From: Octopus bimaculoides
Taxonomy: Eukaryota
Reading direction: 5' to 3'
Assembly: GCF_001194135.2 (NCBI RefSeq)
Contig: NC_068997.1
Coordinates: 55,677,040-55,731,192 of the forward strand
DNA length: 54,153 nucleotides
Shown here: one piece after another, positions 50,855 to 54,153 of the stretch
Layout: every line of letters begins with the position of its first letter
Numbering within the stretch: the first letter of the stretch is position 1
The notes under the pieces: model-generated
The model's input: the letters and a program-made list of their open reading frames with translations, nothing else
Databases searched by the model: none
Told to the model about the DNA's origin: nothing
Translations under genes and position numbers: made by a program

Positions 50855-51080
50855 TGCGCGTGTTTGTGTTTGTTGGCCCACCACCACTTGACAACCAGTG
50901 TTGGTGTGTTTACTTTCTTGTAACTTAGTGGTTTGGCAAAAGGCACCAACAGAATAAGTATCAGGCTTTTAAAAAAATGCAAAGTAAACAAGTCCCAGTG
51001 TTGATTCATTCTAGTCAAAATTCTTCATGGTCATGCCCCAGTATGGCCACAGTTAAATGACTGAGACAAGTAAATGATAA
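50855..51080 (+). mobile_element. Family D module (SINE 3' part, sense)
   Basis: GTGTTTGTTGGCCCACCACCACTTGACAACCAGTGTTGGTGTGTTTAC..CCAGTATGGCCACAGTTAAATGACTGAGACAAGTAAA. Confidence 0.8.
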
Positions 51081-51269
51081 AAAGTACAAATTCACACATA
51101 CTTTGTAGTTTTGGATATCTCATGACTTACACATCAAAAATAGGAAACATTTACATATTTACTAATTAGAGCAAGTTTCTGCTTTGACAACCTCCACACA
51201 GATAACATCCTTATTCATTACAGAGTCTGTAATGAGTAATGGTGTTATTTTGTGTGGATTATCAATCTG

Positions 51270-52140
51270 TGTATCATGAGATTTCCTGAGACTCAGCAGC
51301 AAATGCTATTTTCCTACGCATCAGCATTGATGGGACATTGTAGAGGATTTCCATTGGAAGGTAAATATTCCGTATTCTTTGCTAATCCTTATTTGCTTCT
51401 GTATTTATTCTCTATTTCGTGGTTCATACATTCATATCAACATTCAACAATTACCTTCATAACGTAAAGTATTTTTCATTTTTCCAGCATCGTTATGGTA
51501 AATCCACCAAAGTAGACGATACATTCTAAATCCTGAACTTATCTTTCTTTGAAAGTTATTGTATAGGAGGGTAGGCAACAGCAAATATCATACTTCAACA
51601 CCTCCACATCCTCCACAGGTGCAACAACTGAAAACAATTTACATCATAAGGTTCTCTTTTTCTTTTTTTTGTCTGTTCCTTAATTCTCCTATATTTCTGT
51701 ACAACAAAATACTGACATCTCAATACATTGCTGCCAAGAACAACAAATGAGGTCTCTACAATAAACTATAAGACATTTGAATAGATTTCTTTATTCAAGT
51801 ATGTATTCTTCACTTCTTACATTTCCATAATTCAATTTTTTTCTCCTGAAAATCGCTTCATACATGTTATATTTACATTCAATAATTATATATCTTCAAC
51901 TTCTTTTCAGAATGCAACATCTCAAACATCTTCAAGATGTCAAACATTCATAGTGGAAGGTATCCAAACATCAAAGACAACTGGTATTCTACAGTAAATA
52001 TTTCTCATTCATCACCTTTCCTTTATTAATATAACCAATTTCCACTTTCCCAACTACATTTGCACATTCCTTTGCTTTCTTTCAGGTATTGTCCGACAAT
52101 CAAAAGCCAAATTATAGCGCATCAACAGCAAGTTACAGGT
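51270..52140 (-). mobile_element. Very degraded non-LTR retrotransposon, possibly R4/RLE-type RT C-terminal region; may extend to about 53750
   Basis: Strand skew suggests minus-strand coding. Weak but collinear motifs: KECA..INKGKV, YECL..LEDV (YKYLGILE), SW..VLR, VEDVEV, QWKSSTMSHQ (WK.KPMHGQ), FAAESQEI (IAAQ.QAL). Confidence 0.4.
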
Positions 52141-52829
52141 AAGAATATCATACCATACAAATCAAATCACCAATACATTCTAAGACAACTCTTTATTGAA
52201 AAACTTTTCTATTTTTAACTCTAAACAATTACCATATCAATACAGATTAGGTGACAGCAATTATATATAATTCTCCTAAATGATATTACAAACATCGTAT
52301 AGAAGAATAGACAACTGCACTGATAAAGTTAATTTTTCAACTTTTCTGTTTCCATCTACAATACCTCCTTTCTTTCATTTATTGTCCTCTCAGAAATATA
52401 GCCAAATTCTGCATAAAATAAATATTGGATGATTCAGTAACTACACTATGCTGCAATGATATCAACACTGCACAAGACCATCACTGAAATCAGAAAAGCA
52501 TCAAAACACACGAACAATATATCAGATCAAGAATAATGGAGAACAACAAACCCCGACAATGTTTATTATTTGGGTAACTTCATTGTTTGCAGTCATTTGG
52601 ACAGCACATTCTTCTAAACAATCCAGAATAGAAAATCACAAACATTGCATTTACAACCAAAACCATCTTAGCAAAATGACTTACAATATCAAACCAAAAT
52701 AACTCTTCACAGATGGACCACAACAAGGTAAATATCACTCTTTCTTTGCTACCTCAGAGTTATTTTCTTACTTACATTTCTGGTTTTTTTTTGCTTTTTC
52801 TAGCCTTTCTTTCCTAACTGGATTACCAT

Positions 52830-53100
52830 GTATCTCCTCTATGACAAGACACTTACCTCTGTTCCTCTATTATACTTTAACCACTTCCTACTCAAGGGGT
52901 CTTCACCGTGAAACTTACTTGGAGACACAACAAATGCTGGTGCCATGTAAAAATCATTGGTGCTGGGGTATCCAGCCATAGAAACTCTGCCAAAGCAGAC
53001 ATTTGGGCCTGGCATAGTCTTCTGTTTCTCTAGCTCCTGTCAAACTGTCCTACTCATGCCAGCATAGAAAATGGATGTTACATGATAATGATGATTATGA
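52830..53100 (+). mobile_element. Family C element with RTE-like tail
   Basis: GCTGGTGCCATGTAAAAA..GGTATCCAGCCATAGAAACTCTGCC..CATGCCAGCATAGAAAATGGATGTTA(ATG)n. Confidence 0.75.
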
Positions 53101-53804
53101 CTTCAAGTGAGCATGGGTGGATTTCATAATAAGGAAAACATATTTATGCTACAACTTTCTCAACATAACCACCACCATCGAAAGAAAAACAAAAGATTCA
53201 GCCAGAACACAATAATCAATAACAATATACAGCAATAGTTTCAAAAACAAATATTCATCCAGGTACATATATTTCTTTTAAGCTTATTCACTTTTACACA
53301 ATATCACTTTTAGCAGTTTCTTTCAAAATTAGTTATACTTCACTTACATTCATTAATACTTTCAGATAGCAAATAAATATTTATCCAGTAAGACAAAGAA
53401 CAAACAATACAGATCCACCACAACCATTATAAAGATACCAGACTCTCAGAGAATAATTTTTAGAATTTTCCTGTGAAACAATCGCTTGCTAAAATGTCAG
53501 GAAGAAACTGAGGATTATACAATAATCTACGAAGACCCATGTATAATATATAATACTTAGAGTAACAGCTTACACGAAAAAATACATTCAGTAATATCTC
53601 CATTGAACTTGAATAACACACATAGCTTTCCTTTCAATAACTGCCAAATCTTCCTAAAGAGTGAAACAAATGTCTTTAGGTACTCTACACAAACCAGCCT
53701 TCATTGCACATTGTTCCTTCCTTTATGTACATTAGAGCAATATATGATTCAATGATATTAAATCAATGTAAAACATGCTACCTTAAAGATAGCATGTTTG
53801 TACT

Positions 53805-54054
53805 AGTATTCTTTTATTTGTTGCAGTCAATTGACTGTGGCCATGCTGGAGCACTACCATTAGTCGAGCAAATCAACCCCAGGACTTATTCATCGTAAGC
53901 CTAGTACTTATTCTATCGGTCTCTTTTGCTGAACTGCTATGTTACAGGGACGTAAACACACCAGCATCAGTTGTCAAATGATGGGGAGGGGGAAAACAAA
54001 CACAGACACACAAACATACATATAAATATATATCTATACACACATACATATATA

Positions 54055-54091
<37 letters not shown>

Positions 54092-54153
54092 GATGGGCTT
54101 CCTTCAGTTTCCATCTACCAAATCCACTCACAAGACTTTGGTCAGCCTGAGGC
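53805..54153 (-). mobile_element. Composite SINE: B head (runs off the window), microsatellite, D module
   Basis: D module at 53805-54010, (TA/TG)n, and reverse-complement B head at 54090-54153. Confidence 0.85.

Noticed and set aside
52700-52765. Plus-strand LFTDG..HSFFATS, resembling Sola-type transposase motifs
   Set aside because: The motif spacing is far too short, the flanks do not fit, and strand skew suggests minus-strand coding.

Overview
AT-rich, microsatellite-dense eukaryotic DNA with nine N-gaps. The repeat families look like those of a coleoid cephalopod, probably Octopus; this is inference from pattern recognition, and no database was searched. I found no convincing protein-coding gene, so the window is intronic or intergenic. 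It contains many SINE-like repeats, which I label locally: A = tRNA-headed, GAGTTCAAATTC..GTCGATAA core; B = tRNA-like head ending GAAACTGAAAGAAGCCC; C = RTE-like tail ending (GAT)n; D = CAGTCAxTTGACTG..ACACAGAC module; E = CTGCTAGAAATAGCAGCCAAATC family with (AAC)n tail. It also holds decayed autonomous-element fragments (RTE, CR1/Jockey-type, R4-type, Penelope RT, Helitron Rep/helicase), a young solo LTR (43903-44126) and a near-perfect 136-bp-arm foldback MITE (30919-31302). The most striking signal is a set of hammerhead-ribozyme motifs. One has a fully intact catalytic core, on the minus strand at 50708-50813, with a palindromic minimal helix III and an unusually long branched helix II. 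Three are decayed (19711-19746, 40629-40674, 40983-41025), and two of these sit in the tail of a tRNA-headed SINE arranged as a head-to-head foldback. Boundaries of decayed repeats are approximate (about +/-20 bp).
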